From: Eledone cirrhosa
Taxonomy: Eukaryota
DNA: 64,000 nucleotides
Assembly: GCA_964016885.1 (NCBI GenBank)
Contig: OZ024742.1
Coordinates: 201,996,001 to 202,060,000, forward strand
Direction of reading: 5' to 3'
Shown here: positions 1-13,449 of the stretch, in pieces
How the letters are laid out: each line of letters begins with the position of its first letter
Numbering within the stretch: the stretch's first letter is position 1
Position numbers and translations under genes: made by a program
Notes under the pieces: model-generated
Told to the model about the DNA's origin: nothing
What the model saw: only the letters and a program-made list of their open reading frames with translations
Databases searched by the model: none

Positions 1-1300
1 CCTGGTCAGGGCGCTAGTCCATCGCAATTCATACTAATCCGCGTGTCAAACACTACTTGTTAATTTAGTAATCCTACTCATGAAATTAACATGCAAAAGC
101 ATTAGCATTCCATGTACACGTATACCCTTGACTAATTGTTTTTTTGTTATTTTTAGCTGCGTGGACAGAATCAACGTGAAATAAATGTCTTGCCCATGGA
201 CACCACGTGCCTCCCTGAATCGAAATGACTAACGTATGATCTTCAATTGTACACGATAATAACTAAGCCACGAGATTAACAAACATACTAATATAAGCTA
301 AACCTTGTAAATATATCACACACCCTAATTTTAATGTCAAAAGACTCGTTTCGCATTTTCTTCGTGGTAGCTTCAATTTGTGAATTTTCTCTTCTCAGCT
401 TCAGTAATAGTTAATAATCTTAAAACAGCTCAGTGACTCTTGTCTTGCTTACCACTATTTAATAATACGAAAATTAGATACGCAGTTTCGATAAAAAGGC
501 CGACGACACGTAATCCGTTTGAGCTTGCTCTTGAAATAGCGAGCTAGAGGATGAACAATTCACAGATAAGTGTACCCTGAAATAGTTCTCAGACAGAGTT
601 AGTGTGATATATTGAATGACAAAGTTGGCCCTTTGAACTAGAGGTCAACTGTCGTTTTTGCCAGCTGAGTGTATTGGAGCAATGTGAAATAAATTGTCTT
701 ATTCAGGGACACAAGACGCAGTTGTTGTGAATGTAAGTCGTAACCTTACAATCGAGAGCCGAATACCTAAGTCATGCGCCTTCATTCTTTAAATGACATT
801 TAAATACACACACACTGTCACGAGGAAAATTATAACAAAGCTGGCGCAGACATACGTGTGTGGTGTAATCTATTGCATGTACGGAGAAGAGTAAGCGAAA
901 CACACAAAAACATGTCGATATAATTATAAAAACGACGTTCAGTGGGAAAAGTGGGGATATTTATATGAATTATTCATATGAATAGTACAATTATCCAAGT
1001 CATTGATTTGCGATCGAAATTTGACACTATTTTCAAAAGAATGTTTTTATTATGTATTTAATACCTTTAATACTCTAGAGTTATATTGACGACGACATTT
1101 AAAAACAAATTGTATTGAATAACATAAGATTAAAATCTATATATCTTAGCACGGAGTTCAAATGTTCAAATCAGAAAAATTGATACAAACAAAAAAACAA
1201 AGGAAATGAGATACGGTTATAATGAAAATGAAAATAATGGAAGAAGCAAAGAAAGCGTTATTTACTGACACAAAAAAATTGATTGAGAGGACTATAAGAA

Positions 1301-1408
1301 ATAATTGTTTCTACTTTTGGCAGAAGGCCAGCAATTAGCCAGTGTATTACTGGTACTTTATTTTATCGACCCCGTAAGGATGAAAGGCAAAGTTAACCTT
1401 GGCGGGAT
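1301..1408 (-). mobile_element. 5'-truncated copy of tRNA-derived SINE
   Basis: Reverse complement matches the 3' half of the SINE at 2107-2295 (gcctttcatccttacggggtcgataaaataaagtaccag...gtagaaacaattat); abuts the full copy at 1413-1602. Confidence 0.8.
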
Positions 1409-1412
1409 AAGA

Positions 1413-1602
1413 AATAATTGTTTCTACTTTAGGCACAAGGCCAGTAATTACCCAGTGTATTATGGTACTTTATTTTATCGACCCCGTAAGGATGAAAGGC
1501 AAAGTCAACTTCGCGGGATCGGCAACTCAGAATGGCAAGGGCCGTAACTCTATGCGTCAAAGCATGGTGTCCGACCCTCTACCGATACTGCCAATTCACC
1601 GC
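1413..1602 (-). mobile_element. tRNA-derived SINE (MetaSINE-like core)
   Basis: On minus: A-box-like TGGCAGTATCGG, degenerate B box, core gcctttcatccttacggggtcgataaaat, tail ccttgtgcctaaagtagaaacaattat; many homologous copies in window. Confidence 0.85.
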
Positions 1603-2106
1603 ACTGCGGGATAATAAATAATGGCGTCGCTTTAATGTCAAAATTATCACATATGTACGTATATAACTATGTATGTATGTATGTATGTATGCATTGTATC
1701 TATGCGTGTACCTGAACGTCTATTTTCATTGAAATGTTCGAAACCATTCAAACGTTGTTCAAAGTTGAACATGATTTACTGAACTGATTTTTCAGGCTGG
1801 GAATATAATGGAGTGAATGAGAGTGAATTCAAATAAAATACAAATGTATATATACTATTAAAGTGTTACAGTTTTATGTGTCGTAATTTTAGTCCTAACT
1901 ATCATTTTAAACCCTTTTTATAATATTTAATTCCGAATAATTTCTCTGTTCCTCTATATCTAGAACTAGAAATTAACAGAGTATCCTATTTCACGTTTGA
2001 AGTATATAGATATATATGTTTATATGTGTGTAGGCGTGTGTATGTATGCATATATATATATATGTGTGTGTGTGGTTTGCGCATATTTAGTCATTATTAT
2101 TAATAA

Positions 2107-2295
2107 GCGGTGGATTGGCAGTATCGGTAGAGGGTCGGACGCCATGCTTTCCAGCATAGTTACGTCCCTTTACGATCTGAGTTCAAATCCCGCCGAGCTT
2201 GACTTTGCCTTTCATCCTTACGGGGTCGATAAAATAAAGTACCAGTAATGCACTGGGTATTTGCTGGCCTTGTGCCTAAAGTAGAAACAATTATT
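2107..2295 (+). mobile_element. tRNA-derived SINE (MetaSINE-like core)
   Basis: Pol III A box TGGCAGTATCGG and B box GAGTTCAAATCC, conserved core gcctttcatccttacggggtcgataaaataaagtaccag, AT-rich tail. Confidence 0.88.
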
Positions 2296-2430
2296 AATAA
2301 GAGGAGCCATTATGAAACTTGAACGTGTATGCATGTGTTAATTTCGATTTACATTGTACATATAATATATTACATCGTTTTAAATAATAAATAACTTATT
2401 CATTTATTTCTATATTAAATTCTTAAGTAT

Positions 2431-2479
<49 letters not shown>

Positions 2480-3060
2480 ACATTGTCCTTCACATAAGTG
2501 TTTACTAGCCGCTCTATGTATTTTTTAACACTTTGTTTGCATCGGTATATGACTACATCTCTCATTATGTTTTAATTGTGTAAATAATTGAAGTTACTGT
2601 GAGGTTGCCTGGCTTATTTTGTAGCGAATTTATCTCATTATTTCGTTTGAAGGTGTTATGCACCTGACATTTATTCTACCATATACATGAATACATGAAA
2701 CAACTGCATGACACGTTGTGAATTTCTTCACATATTTTCCAGAGACATTTTCTAAACAGAGTTTAGTCTAAGTTTGTAAATATTCTATGATCATCGCTTT
2801 AGATAATGATGTATGTTGGTTTGTAGATTCTGAAGTTTCATTTTTATTTAGTTGTTCCTTAAAGATAAGATGATGTGGTCAGAATAGGAAAACATTTGAC
2901 AATATGAGCGGATCATGATGCGAGTTGGTTTGTAAATACTGAGAGAAGAATCATTGGCAATGAAAGAGAAAGGGAGGCTAGCGATGTGAAGTGAATAATG
3001 GCGGAGAAAATGTGAAGAACGTATGTGCGTTTTGATAAACAAAGTGATTAAAGGCCATGA

Positions 3061-3117
3061 ACAGTGAACATAGTAAACATAGTGAATATAGTGAATATAG
3101 TGAATATAGTGAACATA
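3061..3117. repeat. Short tandem 9-mer (ATAGTGAAY) x about 6
   Basis: acagtgaac atagtaaac atagtgaat atagtgaat atagtgaat atagtgaac read directly. Confidence 0.75.
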
Positions 3118-3978
3118 ATGGCAATGGGTGAATAAATAAACAGTGAAATAGATTCCATGAACGTGGTGAATGTATGTAGGGTTGTGAAATGTGTGTGCAT
3201 GCGTGTGTTTGAGTAAGTGTGTATGTATGTGCGTGAGGCTGTTATATTAGAGAGGGTTTGTTATTAAGCTTGAAATATTTTGGAAAGGTATTGTTTTAAA
3301 CCATTAATGGAGACACATGTTAGGACATGAGGGGCTGCTTTTTAGAGTGAGAGACAGCTCAAAGTAAAGACAAGTAAAAAAGTTGAAGATGTGAGAAATA
3401 AGAGGAGACAAATTATAAATCAACCAGTGTGGTATGATTATAAAAAGGCATTCTGAGGAGAGGTGAGATAAATTAATTTTAGAAAGGAAAGGAAACGAAA
3501 GAAAAAAAATATGTAAAAAAATGTAAGACAGAAAGACAAATAAAGAAAGAAGAGAACGAAGGAAGGTAGGAAGGAACATGGTATCAAAGTGGCATTAATT
3601 GGAGAGGTTTGATTTAAAAAAGGGATACCACTAAGCAAAACCACCACCAACGCCACCGCAAACACCACCACCACCAACAACAACAGAATATTTTGTTTTA
3701 GGAGATCAAGTATGAAGGCAGTTAAATAAAAAAAGAGAAGTGCCGTGATAGAATAAAGAAGGTAAAGATTTTGACATTTGCGAGATACTGCTCTGTGCAT
3801 CTCCACACTGCTTCCTCGAGTAGAAACTGAATGTGTAGAGTTTGGAGTTTCAAACTACATCAGTGAATGTCTACTTATACATATGTATATATGCCTGTGT
3901 ATATATTTGTATATATTTATACATGCGAATATATATATATATATATATATATGTAGATAGATATACAAATACACACAC

Positions 3979-4072
<94 letters not shown>

Positions 4073-4706
4073 TCATAGTGTAGTAACACATAAAATATCA
4101 ACATGAGGCATACAACAATTATGGTTTTGACAATATAAACATGAGCAATTAAGACACAAATTATATGTAAAAAACAACAACGAAAATAACATCATCATCA
4201 ACAACAGCAACAACGACAAAGACACGGACACCAACAACATTAAATTTAACATCAACAATCATGGCATTCGACATATGGTTTTCTCTACAATAAAAAAAAC
4301 ATTAAAACATATATTAAACATTGGCACAGGCCACATATTATTTTATACATATTCGTCAGAACGACCCCGAAATATCACTGGTAATTATTGTATCCATTCT
4401 AATATGAATGAAAGTAAAAGTGAACTCAATTGGAATTCAAACACAGAATATAGAACAAGCAAGATATATACTGCAAAGTATTTATCTCGATGCTCTACAA
4501 TTTTTGGGTCTAACCCCTTATTATAATTAGTTATTCAAAACATTAATGAACAAAAGATATGTTACACACAGGAAGAAGATTCAGATGAACTGAAGTGAGT
4601 GTATTTCCCAGGGAGTGAATATAACGCCTGTAGGTGTTAATGGACAAACCTTTCAAACCCCTCCCCCACCCACTCACACATACTCACAAACACACACATA
4701 TATATC

Positions 4707-4797
<91 letters not shown>

Positions 4798-4807
4798 ATA
4801 TACATAC

Positions 4808-4872
<65 letters not shown>

Positions 4873-5381
4873 TATAAATATATATATATATATACATATA
4901 CATACATGGAATATATATATATATATTCATATATATATAACACCTTCGTTGTTCATGTGACTAGTCCCTAAGACTCGAAGAAAGAAATAATGCATTAGTA
5001 ATTAAAGTAATAATAATATGAAATATAAATTTTAAAATCATGTTGACAATTAAAGAAAGGTTTGTAACTATTACATCAGATCGGTTTCATGATCATTATT
5101 AAAACTAGGTAAACATAAATATGCGAAAATTATTTACTATGTATATAGTATCAATAAATAATTATTATAAAATTTGTTGCCAATAAAGATAATAAAAGTT
5201 TCTAATTTTGGAGTAAGATCAACAAAATCGCCCATATTATTTGGTAGATACATTTTTTTATCGACCCGGGAATAAAGAAATGGAAAATAAGCCTCGGGAT
5301 GATTTCAACCTAGAATATAAAGAGGCGTAACAAAGTGTCGCGAAGCTTTTTGTCCGACGATCTAAAAATCCTGCTAATCCA

Positions 5382-5460
<79 letters not shown>
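5382..5460. repeat. (AAT)n microsatellite
   Basis: Perfect AAT run. Confidence 0.95.
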
Positions 5461-5461
<1 letters not shown>

Positions 5462-6319
5462 GGGAAGAAGACGCACGAGGTGACGGAGGTCATGAAATCG
5501 CTCCCGTAAGTTTTGAATTTTTAACATATTTAAACCATTTGTGAAATAACAACTCTTAGTACAAATGCTACGTAAAGCACCCGGCTTGAGCCCCAAAAAA
5601 TTCGGACCCAAAATATATTGTTATAAGGCTCAAATATTCAAATATTCAACTTTGTATTGTACACTGTATATCCAAAAAAGAAAATGGCTATAAATGGAAG
5701 AAGAACCCCCCCCCCCTCCTCCTCTGTATACACTATATAGAACAGCCAAACTCACCAACACCAGAAACTAGATACACCACCCACCCTATCACCTGTGTAC
5801 ACTAAACCACCACCGATCACTACGGCCATCATTACAACCATTATCCCATCACCGCCGCCACCACCCCTTCACTCCTTCACTGCTGCCACCGCTACAGCAC
5901 CATCGCTACAGTAATACGGTCACATCACCGCCACCACTGCCTCGGTATCGACATCACCACCACCACTGTCTCAGTATCGCTACCGCCGCCAGTCTCCCAC
6001 TTCTTCTTTTAGCTGGCTGCTGCCACCACATTATAGAATCCCTACTGCTAAAAAAGAGGAAGGCATCAAAATATATAGATAGACTCAAAAGAAAAAAGAA
6101 AAAATAAACAACAAAAGCAGCACAGCAACAACAGTAAAAAACGAGAAAAACAGAGAAAAACAAAAACAAAAAAAGAAACCCCCAAAACGTAAAGAAAATA
6201 AGAATGAAGAGAGAGGCAGGCGGACGGACAGAGAAGAGGGGGGAAAAAGTAAAACTTAAAAAACAAAAACTAAGTCAGACATTCGAATACTACATTACAA
6301 TGAAACTTATGCTTATTCA

Positions 6320-9300
6320 TTTTTGGGGCCCTTTCTGCCCGTGTGTTTGTTTGTTTATGTGTGTCCGTATACAGCGTGGTGATAATGCCACACAAGGGCC
6401 AAGTGGGATGGCGGATCCACAGATGGCTATGTAAACATACATTCGCCAATCCTCGATAAGAGTGTTTAAATATCGAACATAAACAGTTCGAATAACGGTG
6501 AAATGGAGACTAGAACGTCATGTGACAGACTCTCACCCAACAGGTGCCCCCTGGCTCAGCAGCAGGAACCTGACTGTCAACGAAATACTGCTGATGTTGG
6601 AGGAAGAAGAAGAAGGAAAGGGGCCAGAACCAACTGGACGAAAGAATTGAATAGAACTGTTATGCAATGCTACCTGAAAAGTAACCCCAAGGAGAGGGGC
6701 TACAGGAGACGGATGCATAACATCTGGAACGAGATTGGTTTATTTAAATTAGATGAACAAAAATTGGCCGGGCAGGCTCGGGTAATAAGAACTAATGGGT
6801 GGATAAGCGAGCTGGAACTGGAGGAACTGAGCAGAGAGAATGGCTTGGAGATGGCGGGTGTAGTATGCCAGACAAGCGAGCCGGCGGGAAATGAAGGTGA
6901 GGAGGTCCTGAGAGCGGAGGAACCACCCGAAGCAGACAATGATCTGAATACTGAGATAAATAATACCTGGAACAGAGATACGGCCACTGAGGAGATGAAT
7001 GCTGACGGGCTAGGACAAGATTCGGTTGACATCCTAAATTTAGTTGTAGATGAGTTGAACAATGATAGTGGGAGACCTATGAACCTAAGATTTGTAGACA
7101 GGAAAAAGTTAAAAGAAACAACAGCTAAGGTAAACAAAGTCATCCCATACCTTGAGGCGAGGAGTCTTCACCAGTGCAACAATATCCTCAAAGCAACAGC
7201 AAATACGGTGAGGAAACTACTTGGTATAAAAGCGAGAGGAAACAACAGACAAGAAAGAGCAGAGCCGTGGTGGAAGAAGCGACTGAGTGGGCAAATCGGG
7301 GAAATGAGAAATGACATAGGAAAGCTTGAGTCACTACTGAATGGGACACTAAAAAACATAGGCACTAAAAATAGACTGGAAATAAAATACAAAACTAGGA
7401 GTAAAAAGCTAAATATTATCATAGAGGAATTGAAGCAACGCATTGTAGCAAAGAGTGCCAAAATCAGGCGATACGAGAACAGAGTCAGTCAGTATAAACA
7501 GAACCGCATGTTCGACAACAACCAGAAGATGCTGTTTGGACAGCTTGAGGGGAAAGAAAGAGGCACCGACTTGATCCCTGGGGCGGAACAAGCTAAAACA
7601 TTCTGGAGAGGAATATGGGAGCAGGATGTTAGACACAATGCCCAGGCAGGGTGGATTGAGACAGTACAGAGGGAGATCGGTGAGCAGGCACAGCAACAGA
7701 CTGATTTGAGTATCACAGTTGAAACTCTTAAGGGGCAAGCCAAAAAACTAACCAACTGGAAATCACCAGGCCCAGATGGTGTGCAGGGGTATTGGATTAA
7801 ACATTTAACATCCCTCCACCCGAAGCTGACGGCCATGTTCAATGACTGCTTGGTGTCGGGTGAGGTGCCAGAGTGGTTGACAAAAGGTACCACAGTTCTG
7901 ATAATGAAAGACCGAATCAAGGGTAATGATGTTACCAACTATAGACCTATCACATGTCTGCCCGTAATGTGGAAACTGTTGACGAGCATTGTGTCTGAGG
8001 AAATCTACCATCACCTCCACACAAACAACTTGTTGCCGGACGAACAGAAAGGATGCCGAAAGAAGTCACGTGGTACAAAGGACCAGTTGCTTATTGATAA
8101 GATGGTAATGGGGAATTGCAGGAGGAGACACACTGATCTTGCCATGGGATGGATAGACTACAGAAAGGCATTTGACATGGTGCCTCATTCCTGGATCACC
8201 AAAAGCCTGGAGATCTTCAGGGTGGCAGATAACATCAGAGAGTTGCTGGGCAGGAGTATGGGGTCCTGGGAGACAGAGTTGACATCAACTGGAGTATCCT
8301 TGGGAAGCGTGAAGATCAAGAGAGGTATCTTCCAGGGAGATAGCCTGTCCCCTCTGTTGTTTGTCCTTGCCCTGATGCCCTTGACCATTATGCTGCGAAA
8401 AGTGAGAGCAGGATACAAGTTGGGAAGGGGAGAGCTTACCATCAATCACCTCCTCTTCATGGACGATCTTAAGCTCTTCGGGAAAAGTGAGAAGGAGTTG
8501 GATGTGCTTGTTGACACTGTCCGTATTTTCAGCAGTGATATATGTATGCAGTTTGGTATTGGTAAATGTGGAGTCATTGTGATGAGGAGGGGTAGGTTGA
8601 GCAGAAGTAACGGGATCCAGATACCAACAGGTGAGATGATAAAGGAAATTGACTCTGAGGAAGGATACAAGTATTTGGGCGTTCTGGAGGCTGATGGCAT
8701 AAAGAACAAAAAAATGAAGGAATTGTTAAGAACTGAATACATTCGGAGAGTAAGGAGCGTATTGAAGTCACATCTGAACAGCAGAAATGCCATAAGCGCA
8801 GTAAATTCCCGAGCTGTGTCTATTATTAGGTACAGTGCGGGAATTCTGAGATGGAATGTTGCTGAACAAAAAGAAATGGATAGGAAGACTAGGAAGCTAT
8901 TGACTATCTACAACATGTTCCACAAGAGGAGTGATGTCGATAGACTCTACCTAAGGAGATCTGAGGGTGGAAGAGGTCTTATCAGCATAGAGGACTGTGT
9001 TCAGATGGAGAAAAACAACCTATACAAATACGTGACCTATAGTAAGGAGCCAATGCTCAGAGCTGTACTGAAGGAGGGGAGAGTAGGCCAGGGGATACCC
9101 AAGGAGGAAATAACATCAAGGAGGAAGAGCAGCCTTAAGGGAAAATCCCTTCATAGTACCTTCTTTGAGAAAACTGAATTTAGAGATCCACAGACATGGA
9201 ACTGGTTGAGAAGAGGAGACCTCAAAAAGGCTACAGAAGGAATGCTAATGGCTGCGCAGGAGCAGGCCCTCAAAACGAAGTGGTTGAAGCACCATATCTA

Positions 9301-9981
9301 CAAGGAGGAGGCTAGCCCACTGTGCAGGATCTGTGGAGAGAGAGAGGAGACTGTGGCTCACATTGTGTCCGAGTGTAAACACCTAGCCCAGACCCACTAT
9401 AAGGGCTGGAGACACGATGTGATGGGCAGGGTGATCCACTGGCACCTGTGCAAAGTAAACAATCTACCACACTCTGAGAAATGGTATGAGCATAGGCCAG
9501 AGGCGGTGATGGAGAACAGTCAGGTGAAGGTGCTGTGGGATTTTAGGATACAGACGGACAAAAAACTGGAACACAATAGACCTGACCTGGTGGTTGTGGA
9601 CAAAGAAAAAAGATCGTGCCTGATTGTGGATGTGGCCTGCCCGTTCGACACGAGAGTGCAAGAGAAGGAGAGGGAGAAAATTAACCGATACCAGGACCTA
9701 AAGTGGGAGGTGAAAAGGATTTGGAACTGCCATGAAGTCAAAGTGATCCCGATTGTCATAGGCGCACTGGGGACTATCTCCAAAGGTTTCCAGGGATGGT
9801 TAAAGAAAATCGGCCCCTTCACGCTTTTTGGAACGCTTCAAAAGGCATGCTTGCTTGGAACGGCAAGAACCCTCCGATACGTCCTGAATATCTGAGGCTG
9901 CAGGTAGTGGCTTGATATTCAATCCAACGGACTTTCCAGTTAACCAACATCAATGACTGAGATTCAAGGAATAACAATAAC

Positions 9982-10048
<67 letters not shown>
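6320..10048 (+). mobile_element. Apparently full-length RLE-type non-LTR retrotransposon, R4/Dong clade; 5' boundary approximate
   Basis: Single long ORF with RT, CCHC knuckle and restriction-like endonuclease; about 75-nt 3' UTR; (AAT)n tail 9970-10048. Confidence 0.88.
6503..9895 (+). CDS. Non-LTR retrotransposon polyprotein (RT + CCHC zinc knuckle + RLE), 1130 aa, uninterrupted
   Basis: WKSPGPDG, NYRPITCL, WIDYRKAFDMV, GIFQGDSLSP, HLLFMDDLK (RT); CRICGEREETVAHIVSEC (knuckle); RHD, NRPDLVVVD..IVDVACP..EKINRY (RLE). Confidence 0.95.
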   Translation: METRTSCDRLSPNRCPLAQQQEPDCQRNTADVGGRRRRKGARTNWTKELNRTVMQCYLKSNPKERGYRRRMHNIWNEIGLFKLDEQKLAGQARVIRTNGWISELELEELSRENGLEMAGVVCQTSEPAGNEGEEVLRAEEPPEADNDLNTEINNTWNRDTATEEMNADGLGQDSVDILNLVVDELNNDSGRPMNLRFVDRKKLKETTAKVNKVIPYLEARSLHQCNNILKATANTVRKLLGIKARGNNRQERAEPWWKKRLSGQIGEMRNDIGKLESLLNGTLKNIGTKNRLEIKYKTRSKKLNIIIEELKQRIVAKSAKIRRYENRVSQYKQNRMFDNNQKMLFGQLEGKERGTDLIPGAEQAKTFWRGIWEQDVRHNAQAGWIETVQREIGEQAQQQTDLSITVETLKGQAKKLTNWKSPGPDGVQGYWIKHLTSLHPKLTAMFNDCLVSGEVPEWLTKGTTVLIMKDRIKGNDVTNYRPITCLPVMWKLLTSIVSEEIYHHLHTNNLLPDEQKGCRKKSRGTKDQLLIDKMVMGNCRRRHTDLAMGWIDYRKAFDMVPHSWITKSLEIFRVADNIRELLGRSMGSWETELTSTGVSLGSVKIKRGIFQGDSLSPLLFVLALMPLTIMLRKVRAGYKLGRGELTINHLLFMDDLKLFGKSEKELDVLVDTVRIFSSDICMQFGIGKCGVIVMRRGRLSRSNGIQIPTGEMIKEIDSEEGYKYLGVLEADGIKNKKMKELLRTEYIRRVRSVLKSHLNSRNAISAVNSRAVSIIRYSAGILRWNVAEQKEMDRKTRKLLTIYNMFHKRSDVDRLYLRRSEGGRGLISIEDCVQMEKNNLYKYVTYSKEPMLRAVLKEGRVGQGIPKEEITSRRKSSLKGKSLHSTFFEKTEFRDPQTWNWLRRGDLKKATEGMLMAAQEQALKTKWLKHHIYKEEASPLCRICGEREETVAHIVSECKHLAQTHYKGWRHDVMGRVIHWHLCKVNNLPHSEKWYEHRPEAVMENSQVKVLWDFRIQTDKKLEHNRPDLVVVDKEKRSCLIVDVACPFDTRVQEKEREKINRYQDLKWEVKRIWNCHEVKVIPIVIGALGTISKGFQGWLKKIGPFTLFGTLQKACLLGTARTLRYVLNI

Positions 10049-10053
<5 letters not shown>

Positions 10054-10925
10054 CATCAAGGAGAAAGACCAGCCTTCAGGAAAAATCCTTTCATAGTACC
10101 TTCTTTGAGAAAACTGAATTTAGAGATCCACAGACATGGAACTGGTTGAAAAGAGGAGACCTTAAAAAGGTTACAGAAGGAATGTTAATGGCTGCGCAGG
10201 AGCAGACCCTCAAATCGAAGTGGTTGAAACACCACATTTACAAGGAGGAGGCTAGCCAACTGTGCAGGATCTGTGGAGAGAGAGAGGAGACTGTGGCTCA
10301 CATTGTATCCGAGTGTAAACACCTAGCCCAGACTCACTATAAGGGCTGGAGACATGATGTGATGGGCAGGGTGATTCACTGGCACCTATGCAAAGTAAAC
10401 AATTTACCACATTCTGAGAAGTGGTATGAGTATAAGCCAGAGGCGGTGATAGAAAACGATCAGGTGAAGGTGCTGTGGGATTTTAGGATACAGACGGACA
10501 AGAAACTGGAACACAATAGACCTGACCTGGTGGTTGTGGACAAGGAAAAAAGATCGTGCCTGATTGTGGATGTAGCCTGCCTATTCGACACGAGAGTGCA
10601 AGAGAAGGAGAGGGAGAAAATTAACAGATACCAGGTCTTAAAGTGGGAGGTAAAAAGGATTTGGAACTGCCATGAAGTCAAAGTGATCCCGATTGTCATA
10701 GGCGCACTAGGGACTATCTCAAAAAGTTTCCAGGGATGGTTAAAGAAAATTGATCCCGCCCCGCTTTTTGGAACGCTTCAAAAGGCATGCTTGCTGGGAA
10801 CAGCAAGAACCCTCCGATATGTCCTGAATATCTGAGGCTGCAGGTAGTGGCTATATATTCATTTCAACAAATTTTCCAGTTAACTAACATCAATGACTGA
10901 GAACAATAATAATAATAATAATTAT
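10048..10925 (+). mobile_element. 5'-truncated second copy of the R4/Dong-like element (knuckle + RLE + 3' UTR + AAT tail)
   Basis: Homologous to 9108-9970 with scattered substitutions; ORF 10146-10835 repeats the C-terminal 229 aa; ends in aataataat. Confidence 0.93.
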
Positions 10926-12972
10926 AATAATTAGTAATAGTTAATAAATAAATTTAAAAAAATATATATTAATATTTATATTAAAAATTATTATTTCATT
11001 GGCATTATCTGATTAAAAATAATTTTGGAAAGTATAATTTATTGATTTAGAAATATTACAGAGATATGACATACAACAACAGCCGTTGAATTGAGGATTA
11101 TTCGTATTAATATATGTGTTATATATATGTTTGATATATATATATATATTACAAAGCGGAGAGAATAGAAAAAGATAAAAACGGCATTAGAAAATGTTAA
11201 ATATAGGAAACCCATAAGAAGAATGGAGGAAAGAAAGAATAAACGAATGAAATAAAATGGAAGTAAGTAAGAAGAAAGATAGAAAGAAAAATTTGGAAAA
11301 ATATATCCACCAATAGGGTGTAGTAACTCCAAAAATCAAAAGAGTTGTGAAGCAAAATTAAAAAGCAATTACGCCATGTTCTGGTAAATTTCTTTCGCAT
11401 GCTAAATACATTCCTGCTTAATGAGATATAATTAGCAATATATAACTACGTTGAAATATGATTTATATTACGTAGTATTTATCGGCCTATCGTAATCATC
11501 AATATGGGAAAGCCTACGTGATTTTAAGATATCAATTATTACACTTAATATATAATATATTCACTCTAATTTTATTATTTTGGTATTTACTTTAATTGTC
11601 ATCTCATATCCCCAACTTTAACTTTAACATTTTGTAAGTATTTAGTGCATCCTTTTGTAATTCCTGTGTGCTAAGCTCACGGCTGCAATCATTGAGCTGC
11701 AGAGCTCATTTCCAAACACTTAAACCATATGTAATCAATCACCGTGTTATGAATTGTTTGAAAAAATGAAAAATAAGATGATCCGGTCACGTGACAAAAT
11801 CTGGTGAATCATGTTCGTCTTCTAAGGAACAGTTCAGTTGAAAAGAAGGCAATATGTCAGATGAAAAATGTGCGGATAAATTAGAGAATACATCGGTAAA
11901 TATGTCGCAATAACTAGGGTCTAATTCGCGACGGATGGAAATAGGTGGTACACTGCTTTACTCTGCAGCTCTCATACAACCATAGAGTGCCACCAGGAAA
12001 TTGAAGGATTGAAATGGAAAAGCAGATTTATTGCTATTGCTTGCATTACCAAGAGTGTATATGACACAACGATGAATTAACTGACCATGAATTAGTTCGG
12101 AACTACTAGGTAGTAAACTTAGCGAAGCTGGCATTACCGCCTAGAGTTAGAAATTTATATTATATCTTCAGATAAAGGGCCGTAATTCATAGATTATTAA
12201 CTCAAAAGAGTATATCAATATACCACATTTAGGCACTAGTTTATAAAGGACGGACCATGTCTGCATAACTCTTATATCGTAGAAGCCTTGTCATATCATG
12301 CAACGTGTTTCAGACACTTAAACTTGTTGGGGTCCTTTACAGGTTTGAACTCCAACGATTTCTTTCACAGATGAAAGAGAACGAAAATGAAATGTGAAAG
12401 ACTGATAGAAGAATTATCGACCCCAGTACTGGATCTGGATTTTTTTAACGACTGCGAAAGCATGACAGGCAAGGATTTAAAACGGCGGCATTTGAACTCA
12501 GATCGGAAGGAACCATAAATCATGGAGGACAGCATTCTATCCCACGTTTGAACAACTCTGCTGTTTGACCACCTTATCCAATGAAGGAATGTTATTCATA
12601 ATGGATCCAATTTAAGCACATATCCGGCAATGTTAAGAGAAATGTAATATCGATTTTAGTGCTTGATTGAATATATATTTTATCAATCTAGGAACAATCT
12701 AGGAACAGTTGGAAGGCAATGTTGACTTCAGTAAGATTCAGGTTGTAAAAGTAAATGGGCAAAACAATTAAAACGAATCATTTGTCCTATACAATGAAGA
12801 TTTTACACATCCAGCACCTTCAACGTAATTAATAATGCAACACACATTTATTCGGCGCGTGCATTACTACCACAAACGTATACTAATGCATTCCCAAAAG
12901 GCGTCAAAATAATTATTTCTAACTAAATAATTTCCGGGATCAGCTAGCATTTACTCTAAAAGTAAGCAAATC

Positions 12973-13020
<48 letters not shown>

Positions 13021-13050
13021 TACTGTTATGATAAACTGTTATTAATAGGT

Positions 13051-13269
13051 TAGATCTAGTGTAAGCACGCTTAAATAACATGCATTGATGATTATTCACA
13101 TATAATATGCGTATACATATATGTATGTATGCATATATGCGTATACATATATGCATATATATATGCATATATGTATACGCATATATGTATACATACATAT
13201 ACGCATATATGTGAATAATCATCAATGCATGATATTTAAGCGTGCTTACACTAGATCTAACCTACTAAT
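13051..13269. repeat. Palindrome (fold-back) next to (TA)n
   Basis: attaataggttagatctagtgtaagcacgcttaaata...tatttaagcgtgcttacactagatctaacctactaat; symmetric TA/TG-rich centre. Confidence 0.85.
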
Positions 13270-13449
13270 ATATATGTATATAAGGGATATGTATACAAAA
13301 TATCGTTATAAGTAATCCAGTTAGAAGTTGTGAATACTTTTTATTATGGATAGTTTTAGCGTACGGCGTTGTTTGACTCAACAAGAGGTTTACGTAGGTG
13401 GCGAGTTTATGATTTCATTTGTATTCCTATGTAAGTTTATCTTGGAATA

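Noticed and set aside
6320-6505. HDV-like ribozyme in the R4-type 5' UTR
   Set aside because: Hairpins and TCCTCG are present (ggccctt/aagggcc, ttcgcc/ggtgaa, tcgaac/gttcga), but I could not build P1/P3/P1.1 with a catalytic C
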